Source: a virus
Lineage: Duplodnaviria; Caudoviricetes
Direction: 5' to 3' (one strand)
IMG/VR virus record: IMGVR_UViG_3300024996_000120
Span: 1-37,950 of that record
DNA length: 37,950 bases
A model generated the notes under the pieces. It was not told where the DNA came from and ran no database searches. It saw only the letters and a program-made list of their open reading frames with translations. Position 1 is the stretch's first letter. Every line of letters begins with the position of its first letter. The position numbers and the translations under genes are program-made. Below, one piece after another: positions 7,187 to 14,852 of this stretch.

Positions 7187-9030
7187 GCGACACCGCCAAC
7201 CACGCGCAGCCGCGTCGCCTGCGCCAGCTCAGCCGCCCAGGCCTCCACCTGGGCAAGCGGCAGGCCCTCGGGCCAGCGGGCCACCGTGCGCTGGTACAGC
7301 TCGGCGCTCCAGGTGCCGCCGGCGCGCTCCACCAGCGGCTTCACCGCGCGCGCGGCGTCCACGTGGTTCAGCGGCGGGAATTCGCGCGGCGGGTTTTCCG
7401 GCATCGCCATCCGCGGCGCGTCGATCGCAGCCGGCGCGGTAACCTGCGACGGCGTAGCCGCGCGCGGCAGATGGGCCACCTCGCGCAGCTGCGCATGCGG
7501 CAGGAACGGGTCGATGCGCCCGCCCAGCGGCAACGCCTTGGCCTTGCGCTGGGCCGCGGCCTCTTCATCCGTCGCGGCATCCATCGCGGCCCGCTCGACG
7601 CGCTTGCGGTTGGTATCCGCCGGCGTGTCGGCGTGCTGCCGGAACTGGCCAATCTGCACGGCGCCGGCAAAGCCGTACTCGCCCTGTTCCAGCGCGGGCA
7701 CCACGAAGTGCGCGGCCTGGCCGGTCTCGTCCGTGCCGAGCACATGGGCGGTATCCGCATCGGCCCACGCGTTGCGCGCCACGGTCAGGGTGTCGCCCAC
7801 GATCACGCCGGGCACGCCCGATACGTCGTATTTGCGGCCGCGGTAGCTGACCTGCAGCAGCGTGTTGACCACGCGCGTCTCGGGCGCCGACGATGCCAGC
7901 CGGCGGCACACTGCTGCCGCCGGCGCCAGCACCAGCTGCTCGATCGTGATGCGCATCCACGCGGCGTACCGCGTCATGCCGTGCCGCGAGTGCCGCGCCG
8001 TCGCGTTGAAGTGCCGCATCCAGCGCCAGGCCGCCGCGTTGAGCTCGTCCAGGTCATGCACGGCGATGAAGGCGAGGCCCTGCTCGAACTTGCGTTCCAC
8101 GATGTCGTTGTGCTTCTCGACGGAGCCCTTGGCCCACGGGTGGTGCGGCTGGTTCACCCACACCACGGTGCCAAGCGCGGCGCACAGGTTCTTGAACATC
8201 GCGCCCATGTTCGCGCTGCCCGGATCCACCATGACCATGCGCGGCACGCCGTGGAATGGATCGTGCGTGCCACGTGGCTGCATGGCGTTGATGAAACAGG
8301 TGCAGAGGTTGCGGCCGCTCTCGGCGCCCAGCACATATTCGACGTACAGCGCGCCGGTGGTGTGATCCACCACCACGTAGCGCCAGACGCGTTCCTTGGC
8401 GATGCGCTCCAGGTTCTTCGGCTTGTTTTTGTAGAACTCCTTTTCCTCCATCACCTGCAAACCGGTATTGCCGTGCAGGTAGTAGAGGACGCACAAGCTC
8501 GGATCGATCTGCCAGACATGGTTCGGGTGCGCGCTGGCCAGGCTCACCTTAGGCGCGGGGCGCGTGAGCTGATCCGGGTGCAGGCGCAACTGCCGCAGCC
8601 GCACGCTGGCCGCGCCGGCCGAAATGCGGCGCCATTCGCCGGTGGCCTTGTCCACGCGCCCGGCGTTGATTTCGCCGTTGGCATGCAGCGTGGCCAGCGC
8701 GGTCTCGATGTCCGCCAGGCGCTTGCCGTTGGCGCGGTGGGTGCTCATCAGGTACGCGCTGAGCAGCACCGCATCATCCTCGGTGAGTGCCGATGCCCCC
8801 TTGTCGGCCCGCGGTTTGCGGGCCTTTTCGCGCCCTTGCGCGTCGACCACCTTTACGCCGCGCAGGCAGTCGCGCACCAGGCGGCGGATGGTGGCGGGCG
8901 AGCGCCCGATACGCTCGGCCACCTCGTTGACCAGGCCATCCTTGGTGCCGTGTTTGGCCGCGAGCATGCGGGCAGACAGCTCACGCACCGCTTCGTCCAC
9001 CACCACGCTACCGCCCAGCAGCTGCGTCAT
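7183..9030 (-). CDS. DDE transposase A (B3-type, rve/integrase core)
   Basis: HPNHVWQID, VMVDPGSAN and PWAKGSVEKHNDIVE supply the D, D and E residues; N-terminal HTH and KPRADKG. Confidence 0.93.
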   Translation of the reverse strand: MTQLLGGSVVVDEAVRELSARMLAAKHGTKDGLVNEVAERIGRSPATIRRLVRDCLRGVKVVDAQGREKARKPRADKGASALTEDDAVLLSAYLMSTHRANGKRLADIETALATLHANGEINAGRVDKATGEWRRISAGAASVRLRQLRLHPDQLTRPAPKVSLASAHPNHVWQIDPSLCVLYYLHGNTGLQVMEEKEFYKNKPKNLERIAKERVWRYVVVDHTTGALYVEYVLGAESGRNLCTCFINAMQPRGTHDPFHGVPRMVMVDPGSANMGAMFKNLCAALGTVVWVNQPHHPWAKGSVEKHNDIVERKFEQGLAFIAVHDLDELNAAAWRWMRHFNATARHSRHGMTRYAAWMRITIEQLVLAPAAAVCRRLASSAPETRVVNTLLQVSYRGRKYDVSGVPGVIVGDTLTVARNAWADADTAHVLGTDETGQAAHFVVPALEQGEYGFAGAVQIGQFRQHADTPADTNRKRVERAAMDAATDEEAAAQRKAKALPLGGRIDPFLPHAQLREVAHLPRAATPSQVTAPAAIDAPRMAMPENPPREFPPLNHVDAARAVKPLVERAGGTWSAELYQRTVARWPEGLPLAQVEAWAAELAQATRLRVVGGVA

Positions 9031-9033
9031 GGC

Positions 9034-9915
9034 TCAGTTCTCCGGCACGAACAGCGGGGCCTGGATGTAATCGTTTGTGCGGATGCGGTCGAGCGTGTCG
9101 ATCAGCTCCGCGATCACCCCGCCCATGTACGTGCGCACGTCGATGCGGTGCTTGTCGGCATGGGTGGCCAGCGCCAGCAAGGCGCCCATCAGGCCCGCGT
9201 CGTCGCTCTCCGCGGCCAGCGCGTTGAGCACGATCTGCTTGGCCTGGTCGACCTGCTCGCGCAACGTGGCGGACTGCTCATCCGGCGTTGCGGCTTTCCA
9301 CTTGCGCTTGGCCTTCGCGACGTCATCCTGCAGGCGGCTGATCTTGGCATCGCGCTCGGCGGTGTGGGCGCGCGCGGCCTCGGTTTCGGCGCGGGCCTCG
9401 CGCACGGCGGCGCGAAGCTCATCGCGCGTCATCGACTGCACGTCGTCGATGTCCAGGCCGCTGGTTTCGCCGTCCGTGGCCAGCTCGGCGAACTGGTCCT
9501 CGGGCAGCGAGAGCAGTTCGATCAGCTTGCTTTGGGTGCCGGCGGCCTCGATCAAATGTTGCGCGCGCGCAACATTTGGGAGGGCCGAGACGCGCCGCGC
9601 GGCCTCCATCATGCGGTGAGCATGCGTCCGGTCGATGCCCAGCCGGCCGAGCATTTCGATCCAGTCGCCGTGTGCCGAGCACTCCCGCGCCACTACCAGG
9701 AAGCGCCCCGCACGCAGGAAGGCATCGCAGCCGCGGCGCAACTCGTTGCGGATGGCGGTCTCGTAGTGCTGCGGGCTCCACGGCAGTCCGTCGCCGAACG
9801 CCTCGACGACTTCCGCCGCATGCGCGGCCATCGCGTTCTGGGTTTCGGCGATGGTCTCTACCGGGAATGGAGCCAGTTCGGTGGGTGCCGCCGCGGTTGT
9901 TGCCTTGCGTGCCAT
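9034..9915 (-). CDS. DUF3102-domain protein
   Basis: GRFLVVARECSAHGDWIEMLGRLGI...QSKLIELL...DDVQSMTRDELRAAVRE plus coiled coil; usual position upstream of the B3-type transposase. Confidence 0.8.
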   Translation of the reverse strand: MARKATTAAAPTELAPFPVETIAETQNAMAAHAAEVVEAFGDGLPWSPQHYETAIRNELRRGCDAFLRAGRFLVVARECSAHGDWIEMLGRLGIDRTHAHRMMEAARRVSALPNVARAQHLIEAAGTQSKLIELLSLPEDQFAELATDGETSGLDIDDVQSMTRDELRAAVREARAETEAARAHTAERDAKISRLQDDVAKAKRKWKAATPDEQSATLREQVDQAKQIVLNALAAESDDAGLMGALLALATHADKHRIDVRTYMGGVIAELIDTLDRIRTNDYIQAPLFVPEN

Positions 9916-9928
9916 GTGATGCCCCCTG

Positions 9929-10225
9929 TCAGGAAAGAGAACCCGCGGCGATCCGCTGGGTGGTTTCGGTCATGCGCGCCTGCAGGCGCGCGGTGTGGTC
10001 GGCGTGGGCCTGGGCGATCTGCAGCAGCGCCACGCTGTGCGCGAAGCGGCCGTTGTCCAGGCGCAGCACGAAGCCTTCGGCGATCAGCACGTCGAGCGAG
10101 CGCGTGACGTTGCTTGGGCTCTCGTTGATGGCCTTGGCGATCTCGCTGTTGCTGATGCCGGTAAAGGTGGCGCCCTTGAGCGCCTTGAGTACGCGCAGCG
10201 CGCGCTGGGCGGAGAGCTGGCTCAT
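9929..10225 (-). CDS. IclR-type HTH protein
   Basis: SAQRALRVLKAL..GISNSEIAKAINESPSNVTRSLDVLIAEGFV; start trimmed to ATG 10225. Confidence 0.85.
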   Translation of the reverse strand: MSQLSAQRALRVLKALKGATFTGISNSEIAKAINESPSNVTRSLDVLIAEGFVLRLDNGRFAHSVALLQIAQAHADHTARLQARMTETTQRIAAGSLS

Positions 10226-10434
10226 GCGGCCCATTCCTTCGGCGCGTACCAGCGCCGCCAGATACGGTGCAGGCGCGTGGCCTCCCGCGCGCAGGCCTCG
10301 CCGATCAGCGCCCATTCGATGTGCTCGGGGCTGTTGCGGCGCAGGGCGAAGTGCCGGTCGGTGGCCGCGTCGACGGCGCGGTACACCGCCTGCTGGCGGG
10401 CCTTGAGCTCGGCGAGCGAGTACGGCGCGTTCAT
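10222..10434 (-). CDS. hypothetical protein (70 aa)
   Basis: GAGGT SD; ATGA overlaps on both sides. Confidence 0.7.
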   Translation of the reverse strand: MNAPYSLAELKARQQAVYRAVDAATDRHFALRRNSPEHIEWALIGEACAREATRLHRIWRRWYAPKEWAA

Positions 10435-10640
10435 GCCGCCACCTCGACGCCGGCGGCCTTGATAACGCGCCGGCGCATGGCGCGGCCGCGCGGCCCGTCC
10501 CACGAGCCGAGCAGTGCGTTGCGCACGTTCGATACGTGCGTGCCGTTGTCTTTGGCCCAGCGCGACATGCTGGTGTTCTGGAGCACGAATCCGGCTTTGA
10601 CCTTCAGTAAGAGATCGAGGCCGGGTTTGGCGTCTTTCAT
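10431..10640 (-). CDS. Ner/Cro-like DNA-binding regulator
   Basis: First gene of the early operon, divergent from the repressor; VKAGFVLQNTSMSRWAKDNGTHVSNVRNALLG HTH; AGGA SD. Confidence 0.8.
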   Translation of the reverse strand: MKDAKPGLDLLLKVKAGFVLQNTSMSRWAKDNGTHVSNVRNALLGSWDGPRGRAMRRRVIKAAGVEVAA

Positions 10641-10691
10641 GGTTGTATCCTGTTCCGTCTGTGGCTGTGGGCAGTTGTCATCCACGGAACA

Positions 10692-10720
10692 AGATTATAT
10701 CCACATATATGGATTTGCAA
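10692..10720 (-). promoter_or_regulatory. putative early sigma70 promoter overlapping a palindromic operator
   Basis: Minus strand TTGCAA-N15-TATAAT (or N17-TAATCT); the spacer carries near-palindrome ATCCAcATATaTGGAT (10699-10714); AT-rich island in a GC-rich genome. Confidence 0.65.
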
Positions 10721-10730
10721 GAGGTGCGGT

Positions 10731-11240
10731 ATGACGTCGTTCGAACGAATCCTGCTGCGCCTCAAGGAACGACTCGGCGTGCAGACGGACAAGGAAATTG
10801 CCGAGCTGCTGGGCATGTCCAACACGGCGTTCAACGCGCGAAAAAAGCGCGATGCGTTTCCGCAGGACAAGTTGCTCGCGATGATGGTGCGCCGGCAGGA
10901 CATCGACATCGACGTGGAGTACGTCTTGTCCGGCAGTTCCCCGGAAACACGCGAGCGTGACCGACGCCTCGGCGCGGTACGCCACGGTGCCGAAGCGGCA
11001 TTGCGTGTCGAGGGGTTGACGCGCCGACAACAGGCCACGGTGCTCGATGAGGTAGCGCGCGCGGAGATCGGCACGCTGGCAAAGGATGAGCTGTTATTGG
11101 TCGATCACTACCGCAGCGCGGACGATGACGTGAAGCCTGTCATCCTCGCGGCCGTTGCCTCAATGGCTACCGCGGCGCCGCACGCCAAGTCACCGGCATC
11201 GAATGCTGGGCCGCGCCGCCCGCGAAAGATCAGAAAGTGA
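10731..11240 (+). CDS. CI-like phage repressor (N-terminal HTH)
   Basis: RLKERLGVQTDKEIAELLGMSNTAFNARKKRDAFP...IDVEYVLSG; divergent from the Ner-like gene; GAGGT SD. Confidence 0.85.
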   Translation: MTSFERILLRLKERLGVQTDKEIAELLGMSNTAFNARKKRDAFPQDKLLAMMVRRQDIDIDVEYVLSGSSPETRERDRRLGAVRHGAEAALRVEGLTRRQQATVLDEVARAEIGTLAKDELLLVDHYRSADDDVKPVILAAVASMATAAPHAKSPASNAGPRRPRKIRK

Positions 11241-11262
11241 TCGGCACCGGAGAATGAGGGGC

Positions 11263-11883
11263 ATGAAGATCGCGGATCTGGCAGAAGGCTCGCGCACGAT
11301 CGAAGACCTGGCTGTCGAACACCATGAATGGGTGCGCGAAGTGGTGCGCCGCGAGTCACACCTCCAGGGCGAGATCGTCATCTACAGCCGCACGTCCGCG
11401 GAAGAACATGTGCGACGCCTGAACCTGTTGGCTACGCAACTGAAAGACGAAGATCTCGAAGAAGCGATTGCATGCATGCGGCGTGCGTGCGCGTTGAACA
11501 AGGCCATTGGCGGCGGCTTGCCCGACAGACGATCTCTTCGGTTGCCTATGTTCTTGCAGCGAGCCGGCCGAATGGGGGAAGCGATGCAAGCGTTCAACCA
11601 GGCACTGCGTGATGTTGATGATTGGGTCGCTGCCGGCCCTGCACGCCAGACATCGACCGAGCGTGCGGCGGCAACCGCTTCGATTAAGGCCGTTGTCTAC
11701 GATCAAATGCGGATTGCATGGAAGCGCGAGGGGGACATGGGAAAAATGCAGTCTGCGAAGCGCCTAGCCGATTGGCATGAAGCTGAAGGCATGAGGCTTC
11801 ACGCGATCCTCGACAAGGAGCGGCATGAGGCATTTCTAACCCGCAAGTTGAAACATCAACCAAACCAGGAAGGAACGTCATGA
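11263..11883 (+). CDS. accessory hypothetical protein, helical/TPR-like
   Basis: GAGGGG SD before ATG 11263 (alternative start 11254); codon usage visibly less GC3-biased than core genes. Confidence 0.7.
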   Translation: MKIADLAEGSRTIEDLAVEHHEWVREVVRRESHLQGEIVIYSRTSAEEHVRRLNLLATQLKDEDLEEAIACMRRACALNKAIGGGLPDRRSLRLPMFLQRAGRMGEAMQAFNQALRDVDDWVAAGPARQTSTERAAATASIKAVVYDQMRIAWKREGDMGKMQSAKRLADWHEAEGMRLHAILDKERHEAFLTRKLKHQPNQEGTS

Positions 11884-12494
11884 AGACACTTCGCATGTTC
11901 GGCCTCGTCACCGCGTTGACGGCCATCGGGCTCTCCGGCTGCGCCACCATGACCGACACCATGTCCGCTGCTGCAGGCATGGGCGTGGTGCATCAGGAGC
12001 GATCAACATTTGACAACGCGACGGTCGTGACCGTGTCGCCCATGCCGTTGTGGGCCAAGGGCTCTTGGGGCAACGCCGTGCAACTGGGCGCGCGCTGGAG
12101 CAGCGCCACGCCGGACCACGTGGCGCTGGAGATGGCTTATCGGGCCACCGCCAACGCCGGCAGCAATGCGTTCACCAGCCTCAGCGGCGTCGACATCAAT
12201 GTCGATGGCGAGATCACGCACTGGCAGGTCGGCGCCCCAACGCAGCTCAGCAACAGCGGCTACAACACGGTCTCGCGGACCATTTACACCGCCAGCCAGA
12301 ACAGCGTGATCATTCCCTATTCGCTGCTGCAACGCATGGTGTCCGCGAAGGATTGCCGCTTGCGCATCCACACTGGTGAGGGCTATGAGGATGCGCAGTT
12401 CAACATCGAGCGGATTCCAGGCGGTCAGCCCACCGCCATCCATTCGATCAAAAAATTCATGGCGCAGGTCGATGTGGCGCGAGGACAACCATGA
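11880..12494 (+). CDS. lipoprotein (candidate superinfection-exclusion/accessory)
   Basis: Signal peptide MKTLRMFGLVTALTAIG with lipobox LSGC; AGGAAGGA SD; ATGA overlap. Confidence 0.8.
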   Translation: MKTLRMFGLVTALTAIGLSGCATMTDTMSAAAGMGVVHQERSTFDNATVVTVSPMPLWAKGSWGNAVQLGARWSSATPDHVALEMAYRATANAGSNAFTSLSGVDINVDGEITHWQVGAPTQLSNSGYNTVSRTIYTASQNSVIIPYSLLQRMVSAKDCRLRIHTGEGYEDAQFNIERIPGGQPTAIHSIKKFMAQVDVARGQP

Positions 12495-12781
12495 CCGCCG
12501 AGGCAACCCGCGTGCTTGCCGCCGGTGTAACCCGGTTGGGCGAACTCTCGCAGCAGCACCAGGCCGAACTGGGCGTTATCGTGGCGGCGCTGGCTGCCTT
12601 GGTGCGCACGCATCCCGACCCCGCGGCTTTTGCCGCGGCTTTCCGGCGATCCTGGCAGCTGCTTGGATCACAGCATTCAAACGCCGAGCTTGGGCCTCAA
12701 AACGAAGTCGGTATTGATGCAGTGCTGTCGATCCTGGAGCAGGAATGCGCAGTGCCATTGAATGTACGTCCTGGACGATAG
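12491..12781 (+). CDS. hypothetical protein (96 aa)
   Basis: GAGGA SD; ATGA overlap with the lipoprotein gene. Confidence 0.7.
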   Translation: MTAEATRVLAAGVTRLGELSQQHQAELGVIVAALAALVRTHPDPAAFAAAFRRSWQLLGSQHSNAELGPQNEVGIDAVLSILEQECAVPLNVRPGR

Positions 12782-12823
12782 GTAACGGGCGCGCACACCT
12801 TCGCGCGCGCGCGGACCATAGTC

Positions 12824-12868
12824 TTGTGAACGCGGGCCAAAGACTCGCCTGATCCACCCATCGAAACT
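12824..12868 (+). promoter_or_regulatory. putative Mor/C-activated late promoter for the lysis/packaging operon
   Basis: TTGTGAACgcGGGCCAAaGAC-N18-GAAACT; same motif and spacing as at 20572-20616. Confidence 0.65.
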
Positions 12869-12897
12869 GACCGCCGGTAGTGGTGCTTGGCACCCTT

Positions 12898-12941
12898 GAC
12901 CGGCGGCAGGTTCCTCCTGTCCTGCCGCCGGTCCTTTTCTT
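12898..12941 (+). terminator. intrinsic terminator-like hairpin upstream of endolysin
   Basis: Perfect 13-bp stem GACCGGCGGCAGG/CCTGCCGCCGGTC, loop TTCCTCCTGT, followed by CTTTTCTT. Confidence 0.7.
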
Positions 12942-12953
12942 CGGAGATCGGTG

Positions 12954-13664
12954 ATGGACAAGCCGCGCGGCGTGCGCAACAACAACCCCGGCAATCTGCG
13001 CTGGGGCAGCCCCTGGCAAGGCCTGCTGCCGCCGGCGCAGCGCACCGACAAGGACTTCTGTCAGTTCACCGCGCCGGCGTGGGGCATCCGCGCCATTGCG
13101 GTGGCGCTGATCACGTACCAGGACAAGCGCCGCGCGAAAGACGGCTCGCGCATCGATACGGCGCGCGAGATCATCGAGCGCTGGGCGCCCGCGTTCGAGA
13201 ACGACACGGACAGCTACGTGCGCGCTGTCGCGTCGGCCTTGGGTACCGGGCCGGACGACGAAACCGTCAACGTGCACGACTACGCCACCATGCTCGCCCT
13301 GGTGCGCGCGATCATCCGGCACGAAAACGGCAACCCGGTCGATTGGCACGACAAGCCGGCCGACTGGTACGACGACATCACGCTCGACGAAGGCCTGCGC
13401 CTGGCCGGCGTGGTGAAACCGGCCGCGCGCAAGGTGCCTTCCCCGGTGGCGGTGGCGGCCACCGCCGGCGGCAGCGCCGCCGTGGTGGAGGCCATCCAGC
13501 AGGTGCAGCCGCTGCTGCAGGCCACCGGCCAGGTAGTCAATGCCACGGCCGGCTGGCCGCAATGGCTGCGCCTGATCGGCGCGCTGCTGGTGCTGGCCTC
13601 GATCGCCGCCGTCGGCTTGGCCTGGTGGCGCCAGCGCCACGCATTGCGGGCGGTGCACTCATGA
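12954..13664 (+). CDS. putative endolysin (RNNNPGNL lysozyme-like family) with C-terminal hydrophobic segment
   Basis: PRGVRNNNPGNLR..F..PAWGIRA..IIERWAPAFENDTDSYV..AIIRHENG; first late gene, followed by spanins. Confidence 0.8.
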   Translation: MDKPRGVRNNNPGNLRWGSPWQGLLPPAQRTDKDFCQFTAPAWGIRAIAVALITYQDKRRAKDGSRIDTAREIIERWAPAFENDTDSYVRAVASALGTGPDDETVNVHDYATMLALVRAIIRHENGNPVDWHDKPADWYDDITLDEGLRLAGVVKPAARKVPSPVAVAATAGGSAAVVEAIQQVQPLLQATGQVVNATAGWPQWLRLIGALLVLASIAAVGLAWWRQRHALRAVHS

Positions 13665-14080
13665 ACCTGCTCGCATGGGGCTGCATCGCGTTGGCGCTGC
13701 TCGGCATCGGCGCCGGTGGCGGCGTGGCTTGGCAGGCACGGCACCAGTCCGCGGTTCTCGTCGATACGCGCACGGATCTGCAGACGTGCAAGGCCACCGC
13801 ATCCGACCAGGCCACCGCCATCGGCAATTTCCAGCAGCGCGCCAAGGATGACGCGAACCAGTTGAAAGCGCTGCGCCTGCTCGCCGACACGGCCCTCAAC
13901 CAGCGCGATGCGCTGGCGGCCGCGCTCGCCACTCAATCACAGGCGCGCGAAGACGCGGCCAAGAAGGTGACCCATGAAACGCCCGACTGTCAGCCGCTGG
14001 CTGCTATGCCTGTGTGTGCTGCCCTGGCTGACCGCCTGTGGGGTCAAGTCGCAGCCCCTGACACGCACGCGGCTTATTGA
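13661..14080 (+). CDS. Rz: i-spanin (Rz-like)
   Basis: N-terminal TM helix (LLAWGCIALALLGIGAGGGVAW), then Ala/Gln-rich coiled coil and C-terminal cysteines. Confidence 0.75.
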   Translation: MNLLAWGCIALALLGIGAGGGVAWQARHQSAVLVDTRTDLQTCKATASDQATAIGNFQQRAKDDANQLKALRLLADTALNQRDALAAALATQSQAREDAAKKVTHETPDCQPLAAMPVCAALADRLWGQVAAPDTHAAY

Positions 14081-14306
14081 TGTACCGGTCAAGGTCTATG
14101 TGCCGATCCCAGCCCCGCTCACCGCGCCGCTGCCTGAGCCGGCACCTCCGGTCGCCCATTGCACGCTGCGCGGTCAAGCCGCGGTGTGCGTTGCGGACGC
14201 GCTGGCATGGATCGAGCAATGGCGGGGAGTACTCCGCCAGGCGAATGCAGATCGGGAAACGGCCGCACGGATCGGCCGCGAGGGAGCGGCACCGCATGAC
14301 AGATGA
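13974..14306 (+). CDS. Rz1: o-spanin (Rz1-like lipoprotein)
   Basis: Lipobox LTAC, Pro-rich mature region, overlaps the Rz 3' end in another frame. Confidence 0.75.
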   Translation: MKRPTVSRWLLCLCVLPWLTACGVKSQPLTRTRLIDVPVKVYVPIPAPLTAPLPEPAPPVAHCTLRGQAAVCVADALAWIEQWRGVLRQANADRETAARIGREGAAPHDR

Positions 14307-14535
14307 CATGGATCGCGCGCAGGCACTGGACGGTTTCGACCGCGATGTGGCCCTGGTCAATACACGCGCGCGCATCGCCGCGGCACAGTCGCCGCGCGAC
14401 AAGTCAGTGGATGGCCGTTGCATCGACTGCAACCTGCCCATCGAAGCCGCCCGGCTGCACGCCCTGCGCGGCACCACCAGCCGCTGTGCCGATTGCGCCC
14501 GCCAGTTCGAGCAGCGCGTGAGGATGGTCCGATGA
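14296..14535 (+). CDS. TraR/DksA C4-type zinc finger protein
   Basis: MTDDMDRAQ...CIDCNLPIEAARLHALRGTTSRCADC; GGGAG SD. Confidence 0.88.
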   Translation: MTDDMDRAQALDGFDRDVALVNTRARIAAAQSPRDKSVDGRCIDCNLPIEAARLHALRGTTSRCADCARQFEQRVRMVR

Positions 14536-14852
14536 CATTGTCGATCGAAGCCTGGCAGCTGCTCAGCCTGCTGCTCACTTTGTCCGGGTTGCTCGCAGCG
14601 TTCGGCAAGCTGCTGCTCGCGCAGATTCAAAAGTCCCTCGACCAGCGCTTCCGCTCGGTGGAGAGCCAGGCGGCGAAATGGCAGGACCTGGAGCGGGACT
14701 TTCTCCGCTTCAGGGCCGATCTGGCCGTGCAGTATGTGCGGCGCGAAGACTACGTGCGCGGCCAGAGCGTGATCGAGGCGAAGCTGGACGCCATCGCCAG
14801 CGAGCTTAAGCGTGTGCAGATTGATGGTGCAAAACAGGGGACTCAGCGATGA
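14532..14852 (+). CDS. Mu gp25-like membrane-anchored coiled-coil protein
   Basis: One N-terminal TM helix, then ..YVRREDYVR..IEAKLD; position upstream of gp26/gp27. Confidence 0.7.
   Translation: MTLSIEAWQLLSLLLTLSGLLAAFGKLLLAQIQKSLDQRFRSVESQAAKWQDLERDFLRFRADLAVQYVRREDYVRGQSVIEAKLDAIASELKRVQIDGAKQGTQR

Noticed and set aside
7363-10107. 914-aa plus-strand ORF and other long antisense ORFs (e.g. 33509-35620, 17040-18707, 20515-22146)
   Set aside because: Shadow frames of real genes in high-GC DNA; no recognisable motifs or RBS
10222-10640. C-terminal -AA endings (EVAA, EWAA) as ClpXP degrons
   Set aside because: Structural proteins (capsid, tail tube, decoration) also end in AA, and the endings can arise from overlapping SD/ATGA sequence in GC-rich DNA
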